Positions 1 through 15,540 of a stretch of 64,000 nt of DNA are shown piece after piece. Made by a program: the position numbers and the translations under genes. The first letter of the stretch is position 1. Each line of letters opens with the position of its first letter. The stretch is taken from contig NC_089429.1 in the NCBI RefSeq assembly GCF_026210795.1, positions 6,200,001 to 6,264,000 on the forward strand, written 5' to 3'. The notes below the pieces were generated by a model, which was not told the DNA's origin, did not search any database, and saw only the letters and a program-made list of their open reading frames with translations. Source of the stretch: Rhizophagus irregularis. Taxonomy: Eukaryota.

Positions 1-647
1 TAATAGAATTTTTTAATTTTTTATTTGCACACCTCAGATGAATAATAAGTATTTAATTATCAATAACGCTAATTGCTAAGGAAAAATCGACTAACAAAAG
101 AAAAAAAAATGAAAAAAAAATGAAATGATAACCTACCCACTTTCTTAGTTCAAGAAGCTGAAATACTATGTCATACTAATTTTATAAAATTATTATTTAT
201 TTATATTATGATTATTAGAAATGAAAGATGGGATCGATAATCTGCAACTCACAATAACGTTATCCATAATTTCGCAAATTGCAGATAACTATAGTATTGC
301 TTCAAATCCACAATATCACGATGCAATCTGAAAGTTCGTTCTGGAAAATTACGACATACGGCTATCTTTCAACTCTATTACAAATAATACGGTATGCAAC
401 ACTAATCGAAAGGATTTTTTAAATATTTTTAATCGTGTATCTATTATCTACATGAATTTAATTAAATTATTTTATTTACTTATGACACTTTATTACTCTT
501 AACGCGTTAGGTTTATAGTAAAATTAACTCTTTATTGGGTAGATATGACATATTAATAATATAACTAAAGTTTTCCGCCTGATTTCCATTAAAGTCGTGT
601 AGGTTTGATATTAAATCTTAGAATATAAATGTATACGGTATTTCCAC

Positions 648-739
648 ATAACAGGCTTGCTAAAGTTAACTGTAATCACGTTCGATATTTTTTAAGAAAA
701 GAACATGTAATAATAAGATTTTGAATTACCGAGAATTTC
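648..739. repeat. ~90-bp dispersed repeat, copy 1 (copy 2 at 43196-43286)
   Basis: ATAACAGGCTTGCTAAAGTTAACTGTAATCACGTTCGATATTTTT...GAATTAC is near-identical in both places. Confidence 0.9.
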
Positions 740-3700
740 ACTAGGTTTAGATGATGATGGCGATGAAGGAAGAAGCTGGGTAAATAACCTAAGAATTATA
801 TACGATAACGAGCCGACCGGGCCTGAAAAAGTTTATCCCAAGCATTCTACCATAACAAGCTATGAAATCGTGTCCATCTCTGATGCCTGAAATGTCGTAA
901 TTATCATCAGAGTCATCTTCATCAACATCCCAAATCTCTAATTTATCTGGACAAGGAAAAATGTATGTTTCACGCCTTTTCTCGGTCAGAAGAATTCAGT
1001 GTATTAGAACATAATGCACTATTGGATGCGTTAAATTACCCTGTGAAGGGTTTAAGTCTTTTCAAATATGATCAACAGTATTACTAATTCGAGACTACGA
1101 ATTCATCATGCAAAGCTCGATTATTTTTCGATCGATAACCCTCTATCCTCGCCCTCTTCTTCACACCATTACGCAGCGTTTGATATTCCGCGGACTTCTT
1201 GGACCAAAGTCGAGAAAGTCACGGCCACTAACCTTCTGCTTTCACATTATTTCCAAGTCATCGTTGTCAAGTCCGCTAACGTGAGCTCGTCATTTCCAGT
1301 AGCAGTAGTTGAAGCAGGCGTATTAGTTTCAGACAGTGCTTTTATAGGCTATTTGGCTCAGATAAAAATGTGTTACGTTCGGAGTGATTGACCGATGTGG
1401 AATAGAAGCATTTCTAGGGATTTTATGTCGCACAGACATTGCATCATCACACGACATTTATCGAGTATTCATCAAGAACAGTATCAATGCTTTATTTTTT
1501 TGCTGGAAGCTGGTTTATAGTATACAAAAGACCAAAATATTCCTAACGATCAGGTGCGGATGTTGGGATATCTAGATAGACTATAACATGAATGTCCTTT
1601 TCAGGTATGTCCTTGGAAAAACATTCGGAAATCTTAGACATTAGGTTCAACGCTTTCCATTTAGGCTCGTAAGTATTGCTTTAACACTGTGTATAGTTAA
1701 CCGAATTTAGTAATCGGAATATTATCAAATAGGGGCGCATATGCTTTTTTAATTTCCTTTCGGAGTAAATGAATAGGTTCCTTGTCGTCAATCCTAACTA
1801 TAACGATATGTTGAACCCGATATTCCCGACCAAATCACTAGGAACAGTAAGACAATTAAGTAGGATTACTGGCATTTTGTTTTTCCTAAATATAAAGGTC
1901 CATAATGAATGGATTTTCATTTGTATGGATGCAAAGAAGCTTCGAAACATTTTTCTATTAAAATAACATGTTCGTATACGCACCTTATTTTTTCGCGGGA
2001 AGGTTGACTGAACTTCTACAGTTATTGGCACTTTATATCTCATTACTGTAGTCCGCCAAAAATAAAAAGACCGAACGCCGAAGATAAGGAAGATGATTAT
2101 CATTACCATATGATGCTTGAAGGTTCATGAAATTGGAAACTTGATTTCTTTTAGTTTAGCGATCTCCCCTGCAAGACTCAAAGTTGGATAACTCGTGTAG
2201 ATCTCGGAAATTGCGAAGTCCTCAGCCCTTCGTAACATATGCTTTTGACGTTAATATTAACTTATAGAGTAGGCCCCGTGTCGCAACAAAGCATTTTCAC
2301 ATTCCTCTTGTGTTTGTTTGTATGGGAAAAAAGATAGAGGTATGGTTTTTGATTATATGCAATTAATATATCGCACGGAAGTTACACAATTTGTGGCTCA
2401 GCAAAAAAAATCTTCCGAGATGATGATCACCGCTCTGGTTCAACGATGACTGTACCATTGCATAAGTGAACGTCTCTTTATCGTCTCTTCGTTAAATCCA
2501 AATTGTTAATACTAACTGACTAAAAATTTCCTTTAATGCGGAAATGTGGTCGTGATTAGTTTTTGTCAAAGAGTTTGATTGGTTTCGCTTGAACATAAGG
2601 TACCCCTCTTCTGCGATAATTGACAATAGCGTAATTTTGCGCAGGAGAGGTATTGTTTCTAGGACAATGCCTTAAAGCTTCGGATGCAATAGTTATAGCG
2701 TTCGACAAATTTGTAGCTCCATGTGTTACCACTGCATACAGCTCCTATATTTCGTAAATATTGAGGGAGTAAATCGTACTTATTTAGAAATGCGTGGAAA
2801 CATTTAATACCAGGGCAACCAGGCGTACCGGGATCTTTTAACTGCCCAGATGAAATTGCATCTTGTATCCATTTAAGTAACTGTTTAGCTATTTTTTTTC
2901 CATTGAACTAAATGCACTCGATGTTTCACATAGCCAGTTACGCTCCCAGCAAGAGCCTGTAAATCAGGTTTGCTAGATACATCGTAGCCATCTTTCCTTA
3001 ACCGATTCTAACGCAAAATGGTCTGGATAATTAATTAATGCCCTCATTTTGCGACGTAAGCGCTCCTCTTTTTGGTTTTCATTAGCTACACGGGTTGTAT
3101 TAGGATCTAACGTAGCATAAGTTATTTTTTCTGAAGCGTTAAGCTTGATATATATATATATATATATATATCGTAATTCTCTTCGAAGTCTGGAGAGGCG
3201 TGATGAGGCAGAACTAGCACTTGAGGTAGGCTGATTCAACTAAGACTTTGCGTATTGCTTTTACTTCCATTTCACTAAGATTGTCCTGAACAATACGCCG
3301 AACCAATTTTTCAATACTCTCTTCTTGCGAAACTTGACATACATTCACCGCACCTCCTTCCCGATTCTGTACTCTTTTCACTCTGTCTGTTAGAAGTTCA
3401 AGTAATTTAGATGCAAGTTCATCAGGGCTCATTCCCGAATGAAGCTTATGGTCTTCAACAATCTAATTCTATCGATATAACCTAATACCATGTCCGCAAT
3501 TGTGACCTAGATTATACCAGTACAGGGTTATAGTGTGTAGATAAAACTTCAATTCGAAAAATATTTATGCAGGCTGGTAGGCAAAATGGACGTGCTTACC
3601 CTCGTCGCACTCATTAGCATACTCGAGGAGAATGGTATGATGTGGTGAAGAGGCGATCAATTGAACGCTTCCACATTTTTTTGATGGTCGAAGGTGCTGC

Positions 3701-4175
3701 CAACTTTTTTTCCATTCCAGATCAGTCTTTCTCGTACAGTCATATCCATATATCCTCGGGGGTCATCTTCAAATTTTTTCGCTCATTCACAGGTTCGGTT
3801 TCATCCTACCGCGCTAGTGTGTTGCGCTTATTTTCGTCCTGGATAGTTACGAACCTATCGGTGTCCCCACCGAGGGCGATTTCCCTTTTTCTGAGACGCC
3901 CTTCGCAATGCGCTCTGGCTGGGATGATTGTAGGCGTGAATCCTGTTGAGGTACGACTTCTTTACCTTTTTCGGGCGTCTGAGAAGGTTCGGGATTGGAA
4001 TTGACCACAGGCTCAGGTTTTGCAACTGTTTGTTCGTCAGTTTGAGGAGGTTCATCCATTCCAGAGGTGCTAGATGTTGACGCTATCTGGATTTCTGGCA
4101 CGTACTTCCGCGGTCTTGTTTTCAGGTAAGTCAGTTTGTAGAGTGTCAGAGAATTCTTTGATATCGCCCTTCTTA
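740..4175 (-). pseudogene. Block of densely packed, decayed, intron-poor ORFs of unknown origin (includes a SAM-like fragment GLDNDDLEIM*KQKVSGRDFLD near 1190-1270)
   Basis: GC content is visibly higher than the flanks. Minus-strand reading frames are broken by stops and frameshifts (ORF pieces 2973-3239, 3214-3432, 3847-4101). The block ends at the Helitron start at 4176. Confidence 0.45.
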
Positions 4176-6114
4176 TCTATATTATAAAAATAAAAATAAA
4201 ATCTTTTCTTTTATTGACATCATTATTTTACACAATTTATTACACAATTTATTTAGATTTGTTGTAACTAATGGTTTATTAGATTATGACATTATGTGAT
4301 AATCTATCTAATTAAAATCTATTTGTCATATTTAGATTACCCTGTATAAATAACTTGAATTGTGTAACATTGAAAAGTGTGATATTCTTGCGTTCGTAAT
4401 TAATTAACTGACTATCTTTAAACTAATACATTTCCAGTTAATTAAAATTTTAACTTGATTTTTTTTATTCTGATGGATTAATACTAACAAAAAAAAGTAT
4501 AATTTTTCTTATTAATTGCATTTATTTGCGGTCATTTCCGCTCTCTTAGTTACCACGAACCAATAATAATTTTTTTTTATTTTTCAGTTTTTACCTTAAC
4601 TACCTTTTTAGTCTTTTTTTTTATTAATTTTTTTCTCTCTTTTTATCATTATTGTTTCTTTTGGTTAACTTAACTTTTTGCTTTGTTTATCAAATTTTTT
4701 TTAACCCAAAAAATTTAGTTTATTCTTTTTTTTTGGTTTGGGTCAAGACTATAGAACTATGTCCTACGGCTTTTTCGATGTTTTAGTGAGATTTTTTTTA
4801 GTCAATGATATTGTTTCTGACTAATAAATTTGTGAAAATTTTTTTTGATATTAACGAATTTTTTTTAGTGAGATTGTTTTTAATTATATAGATATTTTGT
4901 AATTAAATCTATAATAAATTTTTGATAAATCTATATATCTAAAAAAACTATATAACAAAAAAAATTTGTCTGACGTCTCTGCATAACTGATAATAATTTG
5001 AATTGTGTAACTTGAAATCCCATGCCATATAATTAAAACCCGTGACATGCCTCCACCTGATCTATTTATTCCAATCAAATACAATTTCAGTTAATAAAAT
5101 TTTACCTTAATCGGAATTTTTTTTTTGATTATTAATTTTAAATTTTTCGTTTTTTTTCAAACTGAAAAAAAAATTTTTTCCCTTTCTTCTTTCGGTTTAG
5201 TTTTTTTCTTTCAAACCGAAAAATTTTGTTTTTTCTCATTCTTTCCCGTTTAGGTTTAATTTTTTTTCCCAAACTGAAAAATATTTTTCGGTACTTATTT
5301 TTTTTCAGATTCCTTTTTTTTTGAAAATTTTCCTTTTTTTGAACCGATTCTTTCTTTATCCTTTTTCTTCCCCCAAATTTATTTTTAATTTTTTTTTCTT
5401 TCAATTTTTTTTATAATAACATGTAGAAAGATGATTAAGATTTTCAATTAAATTGAACGCTGGATAAATAGTTTGATTTTCAAATTCATAAAAATCAAAA
5501 AAAAATTGATATTTTTACAATATTTTATAATTAATTAATTAAAGAAATTCTTGATTTAATAATAGACTATTATAACCAAATCCATATCCGAAATTCTCTA
5601 AATAATCACCAGATTTTTGAATAAAAAATTTAATTCAAATGGTTTAGTTAAATTGATAATTTATCGAATAAAAATGAGTATCAAAAGAATAATAATAAAT
5701 GAAATGAGCAGATTTCTAATATTTAATTGTTCAAATATTTTTCCTAAGTTGATTATAAGTTTAAAATTGACGTAATATAAAATAATAAGAGATAATTATA
5801 AAATTTATAATTAATTAATAAAAATATTTGTAGTATTTTCATAATATTAAAGTTTTTTCAAAATACTTCTAAAAAATTAATCAATTTTTATTGATAATTA
5901 TTTTTTCACAATTCCTAATTCATCCGAATTTCACTCTACACTCAAACATCAAATCATTAATATAAATAGCTACATTATTTAAAAATAATTTATTATTTAT
6001 ATCATTCTAATATTATAAATATAATTTAATACATATTTTTTGTTACCTAATTATTACCATATTAAATTTAAAAAAACTCATTGGTCCCGGTGCGAAGCAA
6101 CGGGTGACAGCTAG
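4176..6114 (+). mobile_element. Non-autonomous Helitron
   Basis: 5' end A|TCTATATTATAAAA at 4176. 3' hairpin CCCGGTGC-GAA-GCAACGGG (6086-6104) followed by CTAG (6111-6114)|T. The insertion lies between A and T with no TSD. The 3' end is firmer than the 5' end. Confidence 0.75.
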
Positions 6115-7028
6115 TTAGTAATTAAAATGTTTACAATAACTCGTGATTTTTCATATGTTCTAAAGTACTGTAAGAATCGTTCTTCTAAAAATAGGAACTT
6201 CTAAGCCATATTTTTTAAGCCATATTATGCTAAGCCTAGTGTTATTAATCTGGTTCAGTCCAACTTGAGGCCAAGCTTGTTAAAATCAAACTAGATTATA
6301 TTGCATCAACTTGAAATTACAAGTTGGGTTCTGAAATCCAATAGGACTACTAATTGGGTCAATAGAAACAGAAACCTCAAAAGCTAATGGGTTTTGACTG
6401 GCAATAATTTTTGATGTTTATTATTTTTATATAAATTTATTCATTTATTATCCCTATAATAAATTCTTCAGAAAAATAATCACGTGTCTGGGTTTCTTCG
6501 GAATAAAAACTAATTTATTCAGTTGGAGTTTTCAAAAATTTTTTTACATTTTTATAACCATTAAATTAAATAACTCTAATAGCAAAGTCATCTTAAAATG
6601 GTTCTAATGATTCCATAAATCTTTCTTAGATTCTATAAAATCTTTTTATAAAGTTAAAATTTATTTATTAGAATCATTTCCTTTTTTTAATAAAGTCAGA
6701 GGTCATTTTTTATTTTACTGAGTTTCTAAAATTCTCTAATAATATTTGAACAAACCTATCAATCTAGTACTGTCCAGTTCTCACATTATACTAAGCCTAT
6801 GCTAAGCCATAAGCTCATAATATGCTTAAAGTATAATATGTTAAACAACTATATTATGCTTATTCTGTCATACTACACTAAGCCATATTATATGTCTAAG
6901 CCATATTGTGCATATTGTGCATATATTAGTAGCTTTTTCAAAAATTTGTTCATTCACATTTGAAAAATTTGTAAATGATAAGTAACAAGAAAAATTAGTA
7001 TACTTTAGCAAAAATTCAATGAACTCAT

Positions 7029-7905
7029 AATCCCAGTCAAAAGTATTGGATCACTTTAAAATTATCACAAAGTTTACAAATTTTTTATTAAAAAATTAAT
7101 ATTTAGTTGGATAACCATTGCTATCTATTATACTTTTTACTAAATTTTCTAAAATTCCTAGTTCAATTTCCTCCAGAACAACCATTAATCAAGGTTTTTT
7201 GGATGTGGAGCATATTTTCCAAATCAACTCATTAATAAAAGGCAGTAGATTATTTTTTAAAATCTCGATATATAGAACCCATTATTTTGCTAGATACTTG
7301 AATTAAAGGTCCAATCTTATTTTTTGTAAAACACCCAAACCTTGATTTCCTGATTTAACTGTAGAAATTACAACTTACATCATATTTTCATGAGCAAACC
7401 AGCAATTATAAGCATCATTTTGGAACAATAAAAAATGATTCCATATTATTGTATCCCACTCAGAATCCAATAATGACACCATTCTAACTTTTTTCTACCA
7501 GCATGACCATAAAAGCCTTCAGCATGTAGGGTTCACTTTATAGTACTAGAACTTACTGAAGTTATTGATGCCTCATTGAATTTTCTATAATTTCTAAAGA
7601 TTGTTGTCTATCCTCTTTAATGATTTTTACAAGATATCTAACATTTCTCTTGGTGGTATACCAGACCTAGGAGTATTTGAAACTTGATGTTCTGTTTTAT
7701 ATTTCAATAATATTATGTATAATTGTCTTAGGATGGTCAAGAATATCTTTAATACTTCATTCACTATAATCACCTTTCAAGAGGCCATTCAAATTCACTA
7801 AGTTTGGCATTAAAAAAAATATATATTTGAATATTATTAGAGGTCTGTAGCTATGTGCAATTTATGTAATGATAATCATGTGGTTCAATACTTTTGGCTT
7901 GGTTA
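7029..7905 (-). mobile_element. Decayed, internally deleted Tc1/mariner element with transposase pseudogene (about 7096-7810)
   Basis: Imperfect TIRs CCAGTCAAAAGTATTGGATCAC / GTGGTTCAATACTTTTGGCTTGG. Minus-strand remnants include PRSGIPP, TLHAEGFYGHAGRKK, GCFTKNKIGPL and SNGYPTKY*. Several TGA stops sit where CGA is expected. Confidence 0.8.
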
Positions 7906-10900
7906 GCTAGTAAAGGCTTGGTTAGCTACTAATTGATTATAAACTTTATAATAGTTATACCAAACAACAACTGAGAGAGTGTAAACAAGATGAAAATACC
8001 CAAAAAGCACATGTTAATTCATATCTGTCAATTAATCCAAGTGATAAGGATTTTGTACATACTTCACTTTCCAAGAAATATGCAAGTTTACATATACGGA
8101 ACCATAGTAATTATAAATGGAGAAAAAAATATGCTATGACAATATATGACAAAGATATTTTAAAAGTGAAAAATATTTATGTGTTACAGTTAGAAATGTT
8201 AGCTAAAAACACAATGTATTACAGTAATGGCTACAAGATATGAAAAAATTGTTTAAGATAAAAAATATTCAGCCATAGTTGTTATTTTTTACATGAGATT
8301 CTATTATATAATAAGCACACCAATTGCAGCCATATTATAATCTCTCAGCAATTAACACACTCACAGATATATTTAATAATTTTAATGAAGTTTAAAAAGT
8401 TATTTATTTAAGGAAAAAAAAGTATTAGCAGTGAAGAATTTGTAATGAAATCAACCTTCTATTTTAACCCTTAAGAATAATAAGTTAGAACTTCAGTTAT
8501 CTGATATATTCAACCTATAAATTTTAACTACATTGTCATTTATGTTCAATATTAGAAAATTTATAATTGTGAGGTTGTTATTACATCTGGTAAATGGTCT
8601 TTCAAGGGTTGTTTAAACAAAAGGACAATTAACTTTGATTCTTAATTAAATAATAATACATTAATAATAAAGATAATAAAAACAAAAGGACCCATGTTAT
8701 GAAAAACAACTGGTCATTTTTGAAAATAGTATTATTAATTACACAAAAGAAACCTAATTTTGTATTGGCAAAAGAAGCAGCAAAAACAAAATATGAATTA
8801 TGGTGAATAATTTCCAGATAAAGATACTCTAGAAAAACAATTAGTTAATTGGAGAAGGAATTCCACAAAGTGAAATCAGCCAATCAATAATTACAAAGTT
8901 ATCAGAATATAGACCAACAATTTAAAGAAAATAATAACTTACAATAACTTAAGAACTTGAAGTTTTAGTTCATTCTGGTAACAAATTACTTTTATTATAT
9001 TTGACAACATAATAAGGATTTAACAACCTTCAAGAAGCTATTCCAAATGAAAATGAAAATCATTATATATTTATTATATTTATTATAAGAATCCTCACAA
9101 ATTGGATGCCATTTTGGTGGCTATCAACATTTTACATGACTTAATAATAATAAAGAAAGCTAAAGCTCCTAAATATTGCTGTGTAGGAAAATTAGTTGTA
9201 AAGTATTACCATAATAGCTTGAATCCTTTTTTGTAGATATCAAAAAAGAAATAATTAATTGAAAATATCTTTAAAATATTAGAAAAAGGTTTTTACAACC
9301 AGAACTAAATCAAGATATCAAGATACTATTTTAGTTCACAAATTCATTAAAAAACTTAGTGTATCAAGTGAATCAAGTAGTTAAGACAACTATTTAGCCT
9401 TTGGAATCTGATGATAATTGTTACCAAATAACCTTTATTATATCCAAAAAGATTCAAAAAACATTTGAAAATTTTATGTTAATAAGATCACACAATAATT
9501 ATTCAGTTCTTAATAATTACTATAATGGGAATTCATATTATAATATGATAAATAATAATGAATTCTTAAAGAGAAATAATTTGTGTTTAAAAAGAATTTT
9601 GTTATATATACTGAACCCAACCAGACTATTTAAAGTGCAAGTTTAAATGTAAATGTTATAGCATATTATTGTGATACAATTATAAAAACTCCTATATTTA
9701 ATATCCAAATCCCAAATATCTTAACTATATAATATAAAATCAATATAAACTAAAATTACAAAAGAATTAATTCTAACGCAAAATCATCAGTATGACAATA
9801 ACTAGCAATACAATCAGCCTGACCAGCAGCAATGAGGACCTGGATAATAAATATCAGTAGGATCATCAGAATGACAACCAGTGGGTTCTTCATACCAATC
9901 AGATTGATGGCCAGCAAGATGATTTTTAAATAATTTTTAAATTTGAACAGTTATATATAATGAAATTTGATAAACAAACTTTCTAATTGCTGACCAAAAA
10001 TTTCCATTTACATATATACTTGTAATATTATAAAAAAAATACATTTTTTTCCCAAGAATTCAATTGAATTATTTTAAAGTTTAACTGCTTCAATCTTATC
10101 AGATACATATAAAACTACTGTATTTCTGAATATTTGGATTTCAAAACTGAAAAAAATATAAAAAATACGTTTTCTCTTAAATCTAGCAAAGGCATAAAAG
10201 AAAATATCTGATATAAATTCAAAATAAGCATATTGTCTCGAAGCTCTCTCTTAGAATATAATTATTATATATTGAATACTATTGAACAAACATTTTTTTT
10301 AGTATCATCAGTTAAAAAATTATTTAATATTCAATTATGGCCAGAAAAAAAAAAATTTCTTTTTTAATATCAGACAAATTTTTTTAGTATTTCATTAAGT
10401 AGAAATGTCAAATAGTCAAAGTATCAAAACGAAAAATTTTTTTTTAGTATCAAAATAATATTTGGATTAGCTAATTTTTTTCAGTATTCCATTGGAATCA
10501 GCCAGATTTTTTTTGAATTACATTATGGATGTAGCTGATGTCTCACTATACAATATTAATACTAAAGTTTATTAATAATGTTGTTACGTAGTAAAATTAA
10601 TTTATACATCACTCTTAAAAAGGAATTAATTAATAAGATTAATTGGAATGTGAAATGTGTATATGGAAGGATAATTAAAGATTTAAGAACATTTTATAAG
10701 ATTGAGTATACAAACCACCTAATATAACCATAACTCTAACTCTTTCTAAAAATTATAATCCAAGAATTCAGTTTACAAAACCAGCCAATACGAAATTTTA
10801 CGAGACAAGTTATCAGAAACTTATGAAAAAGAAATTATTTAATTACAATGCAATATTGGTAAATCAGAAAAATTATAGTTTAAAAGGTTAGATTACAAAT

Positions 10901-11041
10901 ATTCTTAGTATAACTAGAATTCTTAATAGTACTCTTAGCATAGATATTCAAAATTTTCTATATTACAACTAGGATTCACCTGTTAACTACGTTAACAGTT
11001 AATGTTTAAATATATTTATATTAAATTATAATAAAAAATTT

Positions 11042-14000
11042 TTATTGAAAAATTTCTGGATAAACAACATTATAAGTATAATTAATTAAATTTGCATTAT
11101 CTCCTAATTGTTTAATAATAAGAATTTTTAAATTTTTTCTTGATGTTATTCTTGAACATGCAACATATAATTGCCCATGAGAAAATACAGGAGTTGGAAG
11201 ATACAAACCAACCCAATTTAATGATTGTCCCTGGGATTTATTAATAGTCATTGCAAATGCTGGTTGTACTGGAAATTGACGACGTTTAAGAGTAAAAGGA
11301 AAATTAGTATTTGAAGGTGATAAAGTAATACGTGGAATAAAAGTATATAATCCAGCATGTTTTCCAGTAATAATTTCTGCTTCAATAACATGCTTTTGAA
11401 AAGAACGACAAATTAATCTAGTTCCATTACAAAGACCATCAGATGGATTAAGATTACGTAATAATATAATTGGAGATCCTATTTTTAATGATAATTTATG
11501 AGGAGGAAGTCCTCCAATAGTTAAAGAATTAAGAAATTCTATTGGATACTGATGTTCTGGATTTGTTTGTTCTTCAATTATATCAGCACTATAATATTCA
11601 ACTGCTTCTCCAGGAAACTGATCCATAATAATAGTATTAACATTATTAACATCAACATTTTTTGGAGTAAGTATAGCATGTTCAACCAAATATTGAGGAT
11701 TAAAATGAGTTGTAAAATTAGAATAAATAAAATTAATAAGATCATTAATATTTTGTGATGGTAAAATAATATCATTAGGAAGTCGAATAATATTATTTTC
11801 TAATCCTCTAATAGTAGGGATACGTCCCTCTCCAACTTTAAGTAACCATTCAGCAAATTCCTTTTGTTCAGCAGCATCAGGTTGATTTTCTGTACGAAAT
11901 AAACGCATATTAATCTTCAATGTTATTAATTTTACATGAGTCCATAAAGTTGATCTTCGTAAGCAAGATCCTACAATATCTTCACGATTTCCTTTTATTA
12001 CTACTGGAAGTATTTGACGAAAATCACCTCCAAATACTATAACTTTACCTCCAAATGGTTTTTCTTCTAATAATGGATCTATAGCTTTCATAAGATCTTT
12101 TAATGTTCTATCAACAGCTTCAAATGCATATCTATGTGTCATTGGAGCTTCATCCCATATAATAAGTTTTGCAATTTGTAAAAGTGAAGCTAAATCTGAA
12201 TTATGTTTTATAGAACAGGTAGAATCTTCATGGATATTAATAGGAATTTTAAAACAGGAATGAGCTGTTCGACCACCTGGTAAAAGAAGTGCAGCAATAC
12301 CTGAAGAAGCTACAGCAAGAGCAATATCTCCATTTGAACGAACTTTTCCAAGTAAAGTACTATATTATATTATTATTAGTATATATATATATTGTATTGT
12401 ATTATTAATAATTAGTAAATTAAAATAAAAAATGCTTACTTATATAAAAAGGTCTTTCCAGTTCCACCTGGACCATCCACAAAAAAAATATCAGAAGTAT
12501 TATTTTCTACAGCTGTAATAATTTTTTTAAATGCAGCTTGCTGATCTATATTTAAACGGGAAAAATTATCTTCAGTAGATTTTGCAAGTTCTTCAATTTC
12601 ATATTGTTGTTCTTCTCTAATTAAACGATTAGTATTTTGTTCATTATTAGGAGAAATAGTTGGAATAGGCATATTTGGAAATTCACTAAGATTTCTTCCA
12701 TATTTACTTAAAATAGATTGCAAATGATAAAGAGCTCTATTACGTATATCATCTGTAAGTTCTAGAGTCATATTTCCAGTATTTTGACGAACTTGGAAAA
12801 GAATATCATCACTAAGAGTAGAAATATGTGTCTCCCAAAGTACTTCAGGTCTTGTTACTTCACAAAATAAAAGTAAAATAGCAAATAATTTACGTAATTG
12901 TATTCCAGTTTGTATTTGTTCAGCTTCCTTTAAACATTGATCCCATTCTTCATCATTTTGCAATAAGCCTAAAGCAATACATGCTTCTTTAAAAGAAGAA
13001 TAAATAATTCCATTTACTGTACGAAGATTTTCAAAAGAAGTAGCACCACAAATAATATTAAGTAACATTCTTAAATAATATTGTTCACCTGCTGCAGGAT
13101 GAACAAAATTCATACGACCAATAGAATCACCTCTTTGTCTTGGTTTCCAAATTTTAGTTTGATTATTATAAACCCATTGAATAGGAAAATCTGCATATGT
13201 AGTTTGTTTTGCATTTGGATATTTAGTGTTAGCATCAAACCATGCAGTAAGAGTAGATTTTTCTATAGTAGAACGTCTAATTATATCTTCTAACCGTTCA
13301 TCATCTTGAAATAATACCATATGTTGACCTGGAAGATGAACACATAATTGTATAACATCAGGTTTTTCATTATGTAAACGATAATGAAATATTCTCCATG
13401 AAGCTTCTGATGCTGAAATATAGCGAGCATCAAGATATAAATTTATTTCATCATTCACAATTTCTACAGTAGCACGATCATGACCTTTGTATACATATTT
13501 AAAAAGATATTTTATAGCAGTAATTGATGAACAAATTTCCACATTAATATGACAATTATATTTGGTTGTAAGATAAGGATTATATGGTACTACCCAACGA
13601 TTATCTAACTTAATTTTATTTACTTCTATAGTTTGATTGTCATTTCTTCGTCTATAAATAGGATAACCATCTTCATTTTCTATAGTATTTTCCTGAAAAT
13701 TTCGTGGATATCTTTTAGAGCATTTTCCATCTTTCATACATGGAGCATTTAAATTAAGTATACCACATGGTCCATGCATCATTGTTTGCTTAACAGTGTT
13801 AAATGTATCAGGATTACTATTTTTATTAGGAATTTCAGCTGATATAATTGTATCATAATCTGCAACAGTTTTGGGTTTATAAGTTTGAGCAAGAATAAGA
13901 AGAACATGAGCATGTGGTAATCCACGTTTTTGAAATTCTATTGTATATAAATAAGCTAATACTTTTCCAAAAATATCTTCTTTTAAAATATCATTAAATA

Positions 14001-15540
14001 TTGCTTTTAATTTCATATTAAATATACGACTAATTAAATCAGGACGATCTTGTGCAGTTTGACCCAAAAGAAGAGCATTTTGAATTTCAGGCCATTTTGG
14101 ATTGCAAGTTATTGTAATAAATAAATCAGGTTTTCCAAATACTCGTACAATAGCCATTGCATCTTGATATAATTTATGCATTTGTCGAGGACCTCCAGTA
14201 AAACTTGATGGTAATATAATTCGTTGTCCTACATTTGTTGTTCTATCACCTGAAATCATTGCATCTTGAATTCCATTATATAATTCTGCACGTATTCGTT
14301 TTTGATTAAATCTTAAATAATTAAGACGTGTATGTTCTACTATTGTATACATATCAACAATCCATTGTTGAAAAAGTCGACCAAAATAATGTAAAGTTGT
14401 TGCTTCATTAGAACGACCAATTTGAAGTCGATAGGCAAAATAATTCATTGCAGTAACATATTTTTCATCTGTTTCATCATTATCACTATAAATTTCTAAT
14501 ACTTCATTATTATTATCATGTATAGAAATATTATCATTTTTATTATATATAGGTATTTTAGGATGCCATCCATCTTCACCTCTAGGAAACATAAGAACAT
14601 AATGAAGTGGTGTATAAGCACAATGTAGTTCTGAAATTCGCTTTATATTACCTTCATGTGGTTGCAATACAATATCTCGATTTTGGTGTTCTATTTCTTG
14701 TCCATTACCTATCATAATAGCTGCAACTTCTGATGCATTTGGAGTATTATAACGTCGAGGATCCTTTGTTCTATTATTAGTAATTACTAATTTTAAATCT
14801 AATGAAGGATTATGTTTTAACAAATTTCCAGCTTGACGAAATTGATTAACATATGGATTAATATCATGTAACATTTGTTGTAATTCTCCAAGAATCATAG
14901 GATCAAGTCCAGGCATTATATTTAATCTATTTTGTATTTCATGATCAGTATCATAAATATATATTTGAGCAAATTGAGGTTGGGTTTCAGAATTGGGTAA
15001 TAAAGAACCAATTCTATGATACATTTCTCCATGAATACGAAAAGTATAAATACCACTGGTACCAGTAATCTGTTGGTCAATTTTTGCTCCTATTGATGTA
15101 AAAGATAAAGCAGAATTATACATTCTAATATTTTGTCTAAATGTACATGAGCGTGGATCAGTTCCAGTAAGAAGTGTATTAAGAGGTGATGGTAATTCTT
15201 GAAGAAAAGGAAGTATTACTTTGCCTCTTGCACAGCAAGTACTAAATACTGGTAATTTTACTGATTTATTAATTCTTTCATCTAACCACATCATAGCTCC
15301 ACACTCATTACATTTATAAGTCATATTACCTAATGTATGATGATGTAATCCAAGAGAAATCCATGGATAAATACGTGCTTTTGGAATTGGTAATAATTCA
15401 ATAATTTCATCAGTAACTTCTTTTGTTCTTTTTGATGATGCTGTATTTTCTTTTTCAATTCTCCTTTTTCGCTCACGATAAGTTCGTTGACGATCAGCCT
15501 GAAGTATTTTTTGACGTTCTCTAAGCATTTCACTATTCAT
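11042..15540 (-). CDS. Helitron Rep (HUH endonuclease)/Pif1-family helicase, 1472 aa; exons 15540-12440 and 12359-11042
   Basis: Rep motifs [27 protein letters not shown] and [10 protein letters not shown]. Helicase motifs [35 protein letters not shown] and [10 protein letters not shown]. An 80-nt GTAAG...TAG intron (12439-12360) joins the two ORFs in frame ([28 protein letters not shown]). Confidence 0.95.

Noticed and set aside
5138..5404. Lys-rich ORF, and similar Phe-rich ORFs at 16529-16714 and 17961-18500
   Set aside because: These are translations of A/T homopolymer-rich repeats with no protein-like features.
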